Positions 1 to 8,943 of a stretch of DNA of 64,000 nt are shown one piece after another; within the stretch, counting starts at the first letter, position 1, and each line of letters opens with the position of its first letter. This DNA comes from an uncultured Gammaproteobacteria bacterium (GTDB lineage: Bacteria > Patescibacteriota > Patescibacteriia > UBA1558 > 2-01-FULL-52-15): contig CAYOCJ010000001.1 in the NCBI GenBank assembly GCA_964402565.1, forward strand, positions 32,079-96,078. Direction: 5' to 3'. The translations under genes were made by a program, and so were the position numbers. Below the pieces are notes generated by a model. That model did no database searches, was not told the DNA's origin, and saw only the letters and a program-made list of their open reading frames with translations.

Positions 1-251
1 TAACGCCGCCCTCAGCAACATCGATCATACAGCGGTTGGTCCGGAGCGGGCGTTTGAAGCGCATCGTGGATCCTACGGATCGGCGCAAGGTAAGGCTGAC
101 TGTATCACAAACAGGTAAGAGTATGATCGACGATGCATATACCCATATGGCATTGCACATGCGTCAGCTTTTTAGTGTGTTGAATGAACGAGAACGCGAA
201 GAATTAACTCGCATTTTAACTAAGATAACTGCGCGGAGGGCGCCACGATAA
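1..251 (+). CDS. MarR-family transcriptional regulator (5' end outside window)
   Basis: wHTH wing motif DPTDRRKVRLTVS; lies upstream of an efflux operon. Confidence 0.85.
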   Translation, partial: TPPSATSIIQRLVRSGRLKRIVDPTDRRKVRLTVSQTGKSMIDDAYTHMALHMRQLFSVLNEREREELTRILTKITARRAPR

Positions 252-261
252 TGAAAGGCCT

Positions 262-1809
262 ATGAAAAAATTTCTACCTACTATCATTGCCGGAGTTGCG
301 ATGGTGCTGATCATTTGGTTCTCAGCATCTATGCTGCTTCCGAAAAAAGTAGCCTATAGCTACGAAACAGTAACAACGCATGATCTACAAAGCGCGGTCA
401 GTCTCGACGGCAAGGTAACCCCGGCTCACAGCGTTGATCTTGCGTTTGAGCGCAACGGACGTGTCCGCAGCGTTTCTGTGGATGTCGATGCCAAGGTGAA
501 AGCCGGCGAAGTGCTTGTAACGCTCGAGTCGGCCGATGTGAACGCGCAGCTTGAACAGGCACAAGCGTCGCTGGCTGCTCAGAAAGCACGTCTCCTGCAG
601 CTGCAGCATGGCGCACGCTCCGAGGATGTAGCAGTACAGGAAACTGGGGCGACGAATGCACAAGCGTCGCTCGATGTCAGCAAGCAAACCTTGATAAGCC
701 GTATTAAAGACGCCTTCACTGCTTCTGATGATGCGATCCGGGCAAAAGCAGATACGATGTTTCTGAATCCTCAGGGAGACCAGCCGCTGCTTGCCTTTGC
801 TACAGCAAACACACAGGATGCAGCCAACGTTACTTGGCAGCGCACGGTCTTTACAAAAGAATTGCCGGAATGGAATGCGTCACTTTCGACATTGACGGTC
901 AACGGAGATATCGATGCTGCTGGTACCAATGCCGGGAAGAAGCTAGATGAAGTGAGAGCATTCTTGGATACGCTTTCGATCATCGTTAACGGACTGACAC
1001 CAGGCGCGCAATTGCCTCAATCGACGATCGATATGTATAAGCTGAGCGTTTCTACGGCACGCAGCGGGATTACGACAGCGCAATCGAACTTGCTTACTGC
1101 AACGACAGGCTATGCGAATGCTCAGTCAGCGCTAAAGCTGGCGCAAGATCAGCTTACCTTGAAAAAGGCTGGCGCAACTTCAGATGATATTGCGATTCAG
1201 ACAGCGCAGGTAGCTCAGGCTCAGGCGGGCGTTGATGCGCTCAATGCACAGCTTGGGAAAACAGTACTGCGTGCTCCGATCAGCGGCACGGTGTCGGCGA
1301 AAAATGTCCAGGTCGGTGAGATCGTAGCACCGAATGCACCGGTCATTTCCATAATTTCTGACGCTACCTTCGAGATCGAAGGACAGCTTTCAGAAGCTGA
1401 CATAGCGCACGTCGCAGTAGGGCAGCACGCCACGGCATCGCTCGATGCATATGGCACGGGCTCTGCATTTGATGCAGTGGTAACCAAGCTTGATCCTGTA
1501 GAAACGACCATCAATGGCGTCGGTTCGTATAAGGTGACACTGCAATTCGTGCAGGCAAACGATCAGGTGAAGTCAGGCATGAGCGCGAATGTGAAGATCG
1601 TCACGGGCGAGCAGAAAGGCGTTATCGCGGTCCCGGAGCGATCGATATTCACGAATGATGCAAAGCATTATGTTCTTGTTGCAGCGGACAAGGCGCAGCC
1701 GGAGCAGAGAAGTGTCGAAATCGGCATCAAAGGAGCTGATGGCTATGTCGAGATCACCAGCGGCCTGAATGCCGGTGATCGCATAGTCTCATTTAACACT
1801 CGTAATTAA
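262..1809 (+). CDS. Efflux periplasmic adaptor (HlyD/MFP family)
   Basis: N-terminal TM, lipoyl-like halves (LRAPISGTV), long coiled coil, GMSANVKI, C-terminal SGLNAGDRIV. Confidence 0.9.
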   Translation: MKKFLPTIIAGVAMVLIIWFSASMLLPKKVAYSYETVTTHDLQSAVSLDGKVTPAHSVDLAFERNGRVRSVSVDVDAKVKAGEVLVTLESADVNAQLEQAQASLAAQKARLLQLQHGARSEDVAVQETGATNAQASLDVSKQTLISRIKDAFTASDDAIRAKADTMFLNPQGDQPLLAFATANTQDAANVTWQRTVFTKELPEWNASLSTLTVNGDIDAAGTNAGKKLDEVRAFLDTLSIIVNGLTPGAQLPQSTIDMYKLSVSTARSGITTAQSNLLTATTGYANAQSALKLAQDQLTLKKAGATSDDIAIQTAQVAQAQAGVDALNAQLGKTVLRAPISGTVSAKNVQVGEIVAPNAPVISIISDATFEIEGQLSEADIAHVAVGQHATASLDAYGTGSAFDAVVTKLDPVETTINGVGSYKVTLQFVQANDQVKSGMSANVKIVTGEQKGVIAVPERSIFTNDAKHYVLVAADKAQPEQRSVEIGIKGADGYVEITSGLNAGDRIVSFNTRN

Positions 1810-1817
1810 GCACAACT

Positions 1818-2543
1818 ATGGAATCAAACGCGCAACAAACTCAGGAGGTTCTGAAACAGGAAACGGAGATATTGAAAGAGGAAAAAGCAATTTTACAGGA
1901 GGTAAAGAAAGAACAGCGATCGCTGAAGTCGCTGACCAAAAATGTCTGGTTTCTGAATATCGCGGTAGTTGTCATTGTCGTCGGCGTTGTCGTTGGGCTC
2001 TTGTACTGGAATGTTTCTTCGAACAGGGTCTATACCGATAAAGCTTCCATCATGGCGCCGGAGATAGCATTGGCTCCAAAGTCGAGCGGCACGCTCGAAG
2101 AGCTCTATGTACACGAAGGCGATGCAATCCTCAAAGATACGACCGTGGCGCGCGTCGGCAATGAATTGATCAAAACCAGCGTTGATACGATCGTAGTCAG
2201 TGTGAAGGATGATGTCGGGAAGATCTTTAACCCGGGTGAAGCAGTGGTAACCGTTATCGATCCCAGCACATTGCGCGTGGTCGGAAGCGTCGGGGAAGAC
2301 AAAGGCCTGACAGATATTCGTGTCGGACAGCGCGCTGTCTTTACCGTTGACGCATTTGGAGGCAGGCAATTTGATGGTATTGTCGATGAGGTCAGTCCAA
2401 CTTCGCATCAGAGCGATATTGTGTTTAATATTTCTGACAAGCGAGAAACGCAGGATTTTGATGTGAAGGTTCGCTTCGACATCAATGCATATCCTGAGCT
2501 CAAGAATGGCATGTCTGCCAAGATCTGGGTCTACAAAAATTAA
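1818..2543 (+). CDS. Short HlyD/EmrA-like adaptor protein
   Basis: TM followed by LYVHEGD, GQRAVFTVDAF, LKNGMSAKI. Confidence 0.8.
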   Translation: MESNAQQTQEVLKQETEILKEEKAILQEVKKEQRSLKSLTKNVWFLNIAVVVIVVGVVVGLLYWNVSSNRVYTDKASIMAPEIALAPKSSGTLEELYVHEGDAILKDTTVARVGNELIKTSVDTIVVSVKDDVGKIFNPGEAVVTVIDPSTLRVVGSVGEDKGLTDIRVGQRAVFTVDAFGGRQFDGIVDEVSPTSHQSDIVFNISDKRETQDFDVKVRFDINAYPELKNGMSAKIWVYKN

Positions 2544-2548
2544 AACCT

Positions 2549-4048
2549 ATGACTGAGGCTGCTCCACAAAAAAATGGCGCCAAATGGTTAGTGCTCCTGA
2601 CCGTCATTGTCGGTACTTTTTTGGGGCGGCTTGATCAAACCATCGTCAACCTGGCTTTGCCAAAGATGATCGATGATTTCGGCATTTCGGTCACGGCCGC
2701 AGGGTGGATCGCGACAGCATATATTCTTGCGAACGCTATCTTCGTCCCGATCTGGGGCAAGCTCGGCGACACTATCGGCCGAAAAAAAGTCTATGTGTTA
2801 GGCTTCATCGGTTTTATCATCGGCTCTGCGCTTGCTGGCTTTTCATGGAATTTAGGTTCTATGATCGTGTTTCGTGTTCTACAGGCCATTGCGAGTTCTG
2901 CGGATTATCCGACCGCGATGGCGATCCTTGCGGTGACCTTCAAAGAAGGCAAAGAACGCGCACAGGCACTGGGGATCTGGTCTTCATCTTTTGCCGCCGC
3001 TGCCGTATTCGGTCCGTTACTCGGCGGTCCGCTCATCGACAACTTTGGCTGGCGGTCCATCTTCTTGATCAATATTCCTGTCGGCCTGGTCGGCCTGCTC
3101 ATGGCCTTCGTGTATGTGAAAGAATCTGTTTCCGAGCGCAAGACGAAAGTATTTGACTGGTGGGGGGCGATTACGCTGGGTGCGGCGCTCGCAGCCTTAG
3201 TGCTGGTACTTGATAAAGGTCTTGATTGGGGATGGCTCTCGGTGAAAAGCATGATCACCTATGCTGCGACGGTTGTTTTCACCTACATTTTCATACGCGT
3301 GGAGAAACATCACCCAGAACCGATCGTCGATCTGAAATTTTTCCAAAACAGCACTTTCGTCAATACGATCATCAATAATTTTATCGTTTTCATGGGCATG
3401 ATCGGGAGTCTTTTCTTGATCCCGATCTTCGCGCAGACCTTTTTGGGCTATGATGCGACTGAAACCGGCTATCTTTTCATACCGATGGCCGCCGCGCTGA
3501 TGATCGGAGCGCCGATCGGCGGCCAGCTCGTGGGTAAGGTACAGGCGCGCTATGTCATTGCGGCGAGTACTTTTTTATCAGGCTGTGCAATGTATCTTTT
3601 CTCGCTTCTTGACCCAAGATCAAGTGCCCTGGATATCATAGTGCCTCTTGCATTCATGGCTTTCTCATTAGGATTCGGTATGGCACAGCGCACCACAACT
3701 ATCACGTCAGCAGTCCCTACGAATGAAGTTGGTGTTGCTTCATCTATTCTGGCGTTGGCGCGTAATATTGCCGGAGCATTCGGCATTGCGGTTTTTGGAA
3801 CGATTTTACATAATGCGATCGAACGCAATGTACTCGACATCGCCCGCCAGAGCACCTTGCATCTGACCGACCCGACACAATACGGTCAGGCCATCGGTCT
3901 GATGTCGCTCAAAGCACAGATCTCTTCGTATGGGACTGTGTATGCGGTTGCTGCGGCGATCATGATCGTCGGTGCAGTCAATGCATTCTGGATCAGATCG
4001 CCAAAGAAGCAGGAAAAAATTAAAGCCAGCGACTTGATGATGGAGTAA
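2549..4048 (+). CDS. DHA2-family (EmrB/QacA) MFS efflux transporter
   Basis: LDQTIVNLALP, GKLGDTIGRKK (motif A), WRSIFLINIPVG; about 14 TMs. Confidence 0.93.
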   Translation: MTEAAPQKNGAKWLVLLTVIVGTFLGRLDQTIVNLALPKMIDDFGISVTAAGWIATAYILANAIFVPIWGKLGDTIGRKKVYVLGFIGFIIGSALAGFSWNLGSMIVFRVLQAIASSADYPTAMAILAVTFKEGKERAQALGIWSSSFAAAAVFGPLLGGPLIDNFGWRSIFLINIPVGLVGLLMAFVYVKESVSERKTKVFDWWGAITLGAALAALVLVLDKGLDWGWLSVKSMITYAATVVFTYIFIRVEKHHPEPIVDLKFFQNSTFVNTIINNFIVFMGMIGSLFLIPIFAQTFLGYDATETGYLFIPMAAALMIGAPIGGQLVGKVQARYVIAASTFLSGCAMYLFSLLDPRSSALDIIVPLAFMAFSLGFGMAQRTTTITSAVPTNEVGVASSILALARNIAGAFGIAVFGTILHNAIERNVLDIARQSTLHLTDPTQYGQAIGLMSLKAQISSYGTVYAVAAAIMIVGAVNAFWIRSPKKQEKIKASDLMME

Positions 4049-4061
4049 TGGTTACGAATAA

Positions 4062-4188
4062 CTCAAAACTCACCTTTTAGAGGTGAGTCATTGTGACGGG
4101 TACTCCGTAGATCCGCAAGGAGCGAAGGAGGATGGGGTTGCTATCTGCGTGTCGGCAGGCAGGGATGAGAAGGTTGGGAAACTTTTAA
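4062..4188. repeat. Degenerate copy of tRNA-His 3' end/terminator module
   Basis: CAAAACTCACCTTTTAGAGGTGAGTCATTGTGACGGGT matches 8299-8336; TGGGGTTGCTA at 4133-4143; 26-nt block 4163-4188 is identical to 7230-7255. Confidence 0.85.
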
Positions 4189-4312
4189 TTTATGTTATCC
4201 CTTGGAAGCGTATGGTCAATTGGAAGATGTAATATTCCCATCGATAATTTCAAGCACTGCAATCTCGAGGTCGCTTTTAAATATACTTTTTTGAAATTTC
4301 CATTTTACAATT

Positions 4313-4711
4313 CTACTGATCTAACGTATAAGGTAAAACTTCGCCACTTTTTTTATACTCTAAACCATTTTTCATACCAAGAGTAAACATAATTGCTGGG
4401 ATGACGATAAGTATAATTAGTACTATTATCCACCCGACTCTTTTTAATCGAGGATAGACAGCAGATAAAAAAATACCACTCAAAATAGCAAAGGGAGCGG
4501 AAAAAAATAAACTAATTCCTATTATATCACTGGTGCTCCAAGTGCCCCTCGTTATATGTCCATATGCAGCTAAGTCATGACCAACCATGCCAGCCGCAAT
4601 AAAATTGTTCCAAGAAACCCATGTATAGATGCTCCATAAAAAAGCACGTATAATCCGATCATTAAAAGCATTCTTAGGTGCTGGTTTTGATTGTGAATTA
4701 TATTCTTCCAT
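4313..4711 (-). CDS. Hypothetical membrane protein (AT-rich cassette)
   Basis: ORF with about 3 hydrophobic segments; start MEEYN downstream of TGcTATAAT. Confidence 0.7.
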   Translation of the reverse strand: MEEYNSQSKPAPKNAFNDRIIRAFLWSIYTWVSWNNFIAAGMVGHDLAAYGHITRGTWSTSDIIGISLFFSAPFAILSGIFLSAVYPRLKRVGWIIVLIILIVIPAIMFTLGMKNGLEYKKSGEVLPYTLDQ

Positions 4712-4747
4712 ATTTATTGTTAATTTAAGTATAGAAATTACATTATA

Positions 4748-4879
4748 GCACAAAACCCAGTTTTAGACTGAGGCTTTATGACGGGTGGCGTCGCCACGTT
4801 CTACGTGGCTTTACGGAGTGGCAAACTCCATTTGACGCTTTATTTACAACACAAAACCCACCTTTTAGAGGTGGGTCAT
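4748..4879. repeat. Rearranged partial copies of the tRNA-His downstream repeat
   Basis: GACGGGTGGCGTCGCCACGTTCTACGTGGCTTTACG followed by TGGCAAACTCCATTTGACG...AGAGGTGGGTCAT; both blocks occur in 6025-6208 in the opposite order. Confidence 0.9.
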
Positions 4880-5266
4880 CAATTAGGTTTTGATTTCAAA
4901 TGGGCGGTTTTCGGAAGTATTGATCTTGTATACGAAAAGGAAATAGATATAGCTTCGGAAACGATTATTCGTTTGCCGGAAATCACTTTTGCTAATCCTC
5001 CAAAGAAAAACGCCGCGTGAGCTTGTAAGCTTTTGACGCGGCGTTAGGTTATTCTTTTTTTAGGAGAGATGTGCGAATTTTTGGATACACATACTCTCCT
5101 GGTTGTTCCATGCACCATCCTTCTGGGGAGCCAGCTGGCGTAATCGGGTCTCTCAGCCAAGGGAAGAGTATTAAGAGACAATCCCTTAAGCCCTCCTTAT
5201 AGACGACAAGTCCACTATGAGCAGGGTTCAAGAATTTAAATTGTAAAACCGCTTTTCAAGAGGGTT

Positions 5267-5986
5267 TTACGAACTTTGTAGAATCTTCAACGTACTTATG
5301 AGTTGTTCAATTGTTGGATCGAAGCTTTGTTGAGGTTTGCGCATTTCGTCCATAAACCAAGCTTTCGCTGCATCAAGATCGCCGCTGTCACCTGAAAATG
5401 GTGTAAATCCTCCTTCGGTAATAATGAGGTTTGGGTACTGTTGATTTGCTAAAGGCACTAGATAGTTGTATCCAATGTCAACAGAAAGGATATTAGTTAG
5501 CACACAATACTGGAGTACTTTCAACCCATTCAAATCTATAACCTTCGGAACTGACACAGCTGCGATGGTACCTGAACTCTTCATGATAGCAGTTTTGAGA
5601 TCTTCAGTAGACTTTTTAAGATCAAGCGGTTTTGCTAGACTGTTGTTCGTATTGCTGTTAGGAGCCTCAATCGTAAGATAGGAATGGGATCCAACTTTAT
5701 CAACCGTATCCATTATCAGCCACAACCCCACTGTCCTACCTCCATTGTCTTTACTGACTAATCGGGTAATTGATACATTAGGCGGATGTCTAAACTCAAT
5801 GCCAAGTTCTTGATCCTGATACTTAGGCCATAAGGATGTATCTGTAATGTCAATCAGGTTTGCAGTATTTGTACCTGTTATCTCCGAGGGCTTCCATTTG
5901 TTTACACATATAAGCGCAACGAAAATAGACACTCCTATCACAAGAATGAAAAGTATGAATAAAAGTAGTTTTGCATTATATTTCAT
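5267..5986 (-). CDS. Hypothetical membrane-anchored extracellular protein
   Basis: N-terminal TM, then WPKYQDQELGIEFRHP, a PsbP-like start seen in CPR surface proteins. Confidence 0.75.
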   Translation of the reverse strand: MKYNAKLLLFILFILVIGVSIFVALICVNKWKPSEITGTNTANLIDITDTSLWPKYQDQELGIEFRHPPNVSITRLVSKDNGGRTVGLWLIMDTVDKVGSHSYLTIEAPNSNTNNSLAKPLDLKKSTEDLKTAIMKSSGTIAAVSVPKVIDLNGLKVLQYCVLTNILSVDIGYNYLVPLANQQYPNLIITEGGFTPFSGDSGDLDAAKAWFMDEMRKPQQSFDPTIEQLISTLKILQSS

Positions 5987-6024
5987 ATGTACCCAATTCT
6001 AACAGCACAAGATAAACTCTGTCC

Positions 6025-6208
6025 AGCGTCGTCGCGACGGCTTTAATTTAGAGTTCAAAGTCCTTCTAGGGGTGCATATATTTTCTACTTTTTTGGCAAA
6101 CTCCATTTGACGCTTTATTTACAACACAAAACCCACCTTTTAGAGGTGGGTCATTGTGAAGGGTGGCGTGGCCACGTTCTACGTGGCTTTACGCCATGGG
6201 GCGGCTAC
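6025..6208. repeat. 184-bp direct repeat, copy 1 (ends in last 12 nt of tRNA-His)
   Basis: Aligns by eye with 8197-8380 with 3 substitutions. Confidence 0.95.
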
Positions 6209-6244
6209 CCGCCCGCCGGCAGGGATGAAAAACTGACAAATCTA

Positions 6245-7171
6245 CTAGGCCACCGTATTTGAGTCGGCAGCTTGTATTTGTGGAGTTGATTTTTTGAGGC
6301 AGATCTTGCTGAAGAAGTAAAATAAGTAGATCGCTACAATATCCTGAATCACAAATGAGATTAGATCTATTGTTTTTGGCGCTGCTCCTGGTTTAGAGGG
6401 GTTTATCATGCCAACGATCGCTAAAAGTATACTGGCCAAGATAAGCATACTATAATATTTGGTGCTTAGTTTGACTACTTCTTGATTATTTTGTGTTGTG
6501 AAATGTTGATTGACAAAAAAGTGCGCCGAAGTCCATATTCCCAGCCACATAAGTAATGAATGCGTGATAAGTACAAAAGCTATTTGCAAGATTTTATTCT
6601 CAATTTGAATACCGTTCGTAAAAAAATCTACAGTAGAGCCTGGATGTATAACCCCTAGAGCTAGTAGAAGTCCTCCAAGTGCAAAATAGAAAATTGGGGA
6701 CACAAAACTCAAAAACATAAGCAATGAAAACACGTGAATGCTCGCAAGATATTTTGCAGGCTTTTTCTTGGATATCGAACCAGTTGGCGCATAGGGTTTT
6801 GCATAAGCCCGGTTAAAATAGATCGTAAAAAATAACGCAAGAATGATTACGAGTGCAATTGTTCCGACGCCCATTAGTAGGGAGGCTTTTTGTACATAAA
6901 CTCCTTGCTGAACATATCCAGACTTTGTTGCCATAAAAACAAAGAGACTAAAGATAGCAGCCACTAACAACTGCGTAATCGAAAAGAGCGTGAGAGAAAA
7001 ACGACTGCCTTGCACTGAGGTATAGAGTAACGACAGAAGAAGACAGGTGAAAAAGATACTTAATACTATCGCCGCGAGAACAACTTCACCACCGAAAGTT
7101 TTGAATAGAAGTCCATCGAGAAAGAGAAGGTAGGCACAATACAATACGATGAATATGGTATTTTTTTTCAT
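6245..7171 (-). CDS. Hypothetical polytopic membrane protein (AT-rich cassette)
   Basis: Many hydrophobic segments; TGtTATACT just upstream of MKKNT. Confidence 0.75.
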   Translation of the reverse strand: MKKNTIFIVLYCAYLLFLDGLLFKTFGGEVVLAAIVLSIFFTCLLLSLLYTSVQGSRFSLTLFSITQLLVAAIFSLFVFMATKSGYVQQGVYVQKASLLMGVGTIALVIILALFFTIYFNRAYAKPYAPTGSISKKKPAKYLASIHVFSLLMFLSFVSPIFYFALGGLLLALGVIHPGSTVDFFTNGIQIENKILQIAFVLITHSLLMWLGIWTSAHFFVNQHFTTQNNQEVVKLSTKYYSMLILASILLAIVGMINPSKPGAAPKTIDLISFVIQDIVAIYLFYFFSKICLKKSTPQIQAADSNTVA

Positions 7172-7184
7172 GCATATAGTATAA

Positions 7185-7255
7185 CACAAAACCCACCTTT
7201 GAAGGGTGGGAATTTGTGATGGGGCGGCTGGATGAGAAGGTTGGGAAACTTTTAA
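7185..7255. repeat. Minimal tRNA-His 3' end + terminator module
   Basis: CACAAAACCCACC-TTTGAA-GGGTGGGAATTTGTG, then TGGGGCGGCT (7220-7229), then the 26-nt block shared with 4163-4188. Confidence 0.85.
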
Positions 7256-7356
7256 ATTATTATAGTTTTGTGCGACGATTGTTCAGCATAAATTATTCAT
7301 ATCGCCTGATCAAACCCGTTGACTAAGTACTCATCTGACATTTCAAATCCCATTGT

Positions 7357-7962
7357 TCATTTGAAATTAGAATTCATTACAGGCGAGAATTCCGCAAGTT
7401 TTGAGATATCGCCACTTATTTTTTCAAAAATACAAGCCCAGCTTCTTTGCAGAGAAGGAAGTGATCGCTCAACTTCTATGAGTTTTCCTGCCGCTTCCAT
7501 TCCGAAGATATGGATATATCCTGCTCCGGCAAGAATATTTACCAAAATATGCTCCTGCACTGCCAGCTCTTCTCCGCTGAATTGGTGGGCAATAGGATTC
7601 CATAGTTTCTCTGCGGTCGTATTATTCGCGAAGTAACCAAAAAAAGTATGACACAGCTCATGAAGCACAACGGAGGCGGCGTGATCCAAATCCTGATCAA
7701 TGAAAAAAGTCAGTGGATCATTGAACGGGATAATCCCTTGCTGGCGATGCACAGGATAGGCAAGCCAAAAATCAGCTAGCGTCAAACCTCTTGCAGCATA
7801 GAATGCAAACACTTTATCATTTATCTTTTTCCAATGTGTCCCGAACTCAGTCGCGAAGCGCCAGCCTTCGGTCACAGCATCTTTAGATAACAAAACACCA
7901 ACCTGGGAAGCAAGTGTGCGGTCATAGATAGGTGAATAGCGAAAGTATAATTGTGTTGCCAT
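7357..7962 (-). CDS. Hypothetical protein with HExxH zinc-binding motif
   Basis: VVLHELCHTF plus downstream VQEH. Confidence 0.7.
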   Translation of the reverse strand: MATQLYFRYSPIYDRTLASQVGVLLSKDAVTEGWRFATEFGTHWKKINDKVFAFYAARGLTLADFWLAYPVHRQQGIIPFNDPLTFFIDQDLDHAASVVLHELCHTFFGYFANNTTAEKLWNPIAHQFSGEELAVQEHILVNILAGAGYIHIFGMEAAGKLIEVERSLPSLQRSWACIFEKISGDISKLAEFSPVMNSNFK

Positions 7963-7985
7963 ACTGAAATGAGTTTACTGCATTA

Positions 7986-8111
7986 TTATAAAAATGAGTA
8001 GAGCCCGGGATTCCAGTGATGGAACCCCGGGCCCCGGCCGACGAACTCGAAACCATTGTCACTAACAGGATAACCGTAAGTGATGACCAACGGCCGCGAG
8101 GCTTTATTCAT
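7986..8111 (-). CDS. Putative 41-aa peptide MNKASRPLVITYGYPVSDNGFEFVGRGPGFHHWNPGLYSFL (not in ORF track)
   Basis: Read manually; SD GAGGAGAAAGGAG, boxA-like 8145-8156, promoter TTGACG-17-TATGGT; 3' part overlaps a GC hairpin. Confidence 0.45.
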   Translation of the reverse strand: MNKASRPLVITYGYPVSDNGFEFVGRGPGFHHWNPGLYSFL

Positions 8112-8144
8112 AACTCACTCCTTTCTCCTCAGATTCGTGAAAGA

Positions 8145-8197
8145 TGTCAAAAAACGATTTGACTTGTTACCATAGAAGGACTTCGAGAATGCGTCAA
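8145..8197 (-). promoter_or_regulatory. sigma70-like promoter plus boxA-like motif
   Basis: TTGACG (8197-8192), 17 nt, TATGGT (8174-8169); CGTTTTTTGACA (8156-8145). Confidence 0.65.
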
Positions 8198-8380
8198 GCG
8201 TCGTCGCGACGGCTTTAATTTAGAGTTCAAAGTCCTTCTAGGGGCGCATATATTTTCTACTTTTTTGGCAAACTCCATTTGACGCTTTATTTACAACACA
8301 AAACCCACCTTTTAGAGGTGAGTCATTGTGACGGGTGGCGTGGCCACGTTCTACGTGGCTTTACGCCATGGGGCGGCTAC
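8197..8380. repeat. 184-bp direct repeat, copy 2 (overlaps tRNA-His 3' end)
   Basis: Aligns with 6025-6208. Confidence 0.95.
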
Positions 8381-8443
8381 TGGGAATCGAACCCAGGCAT
8401 CTAGGACCACAACCCAGTGTTCTGCCATTAAACTATAGCCGCC
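8369..8443 (-). tRNA. tRNA-His(GUG)
   Basis: Cloverleaf, G-1, anticodon loop TT-GTG-GT, GGTTCGATTCC, C discriminator, encoded CCA. Confidence 0.96.
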
Positions 8444-8492
8444 ACGTAAAGGTTCCTACGGAACCCACGTGGCTGGCCAGTATATTTGCCGG

Positions 8493-8786
8493 CTACGTCG
8501 ATTCCTTAGTCTTCCTAGGTTTGTTTTGAAAGTGAAATTTTAATTGATGATCTAAGTATTTTTCCCCTCGTCCGCTTTTCAAGAACTTTTCTCTTCCTAG
8601 CGCATCATCTTTTATAGTATATGCTTCATAATAAATCAATTGCCATGGTTTTTTTGAGACCGTTGAATTGTTGAGCCCTGCATTGTGTTCTTGTAGCCGT
8701 TTTTCAATATTTTCTGTAAACCCTGTGTATAGAGAGTCATCTGCTTCACTTTGTAAAATGTACACAAAATACATAATCTTTTTCAT
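8493..8786 (-). CDS. Stand-alone GIY-YIG nuclease family protein
   Basis: YFVYIL...LYTGFT..IEKRLQEHN...AL.RE.FLKSG; start trimmed so it does not overlap the tRNA (8786 or 8774). Confidence 0.92.
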   Translation of the reverse strand: MKKIMYFVYILQSEADDSLYTGFTENIEKRLQEHNAGLNNSTVSKKPWQLIYYEAYTIKDDALGREKFLKSGRGEKYLDHQLKFHFQNKPRKTKEST

Positions 8787-8823
8787 TTCTGGCTGCGCCA
8801 CGTGCTTGCGCAGCAAGTATACG

Positions 8824-8898
8824 TGGTGCCCCCGGAGGGAATCGAACCCCCATCTCAGGCTTAGAAGTCCCAAGCTCTATCCATTGAGCTACGGGGGC
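8824..8898 (-). tRNA. tRNA-Arg(UCU)
   Basis: GCCCCCG acceptor stem, loop CT-TCT-AA, GGTTCGATTCC, ACCA end; anticodon stem is weak. Confidence 0.92.
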
Positions 8899-8943
8899 TC
8901 AATTTTAAAGCACGCATTACCATACCATCGGAAAACGCCATTG

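Noticed and set aside
4778-5020. 80-aa ORF (and 8335-8529)
   Set aside because: Starts inside repeat or tRNA sequence; at most a gene remnant
7986-8111. Lasso peptide precursor (T-x-G motif)
   Set aside because: Acidic residues fall at core positions 6 and 10 rather than 7-9, and no maturation genes are nearby
4062-8380. CRISPR array or classical integron
   Set aside because: Repeats are 26-184 bp, irregular and separated by whole genes; no cas or intI gene and no clear attC R-box pairs seen
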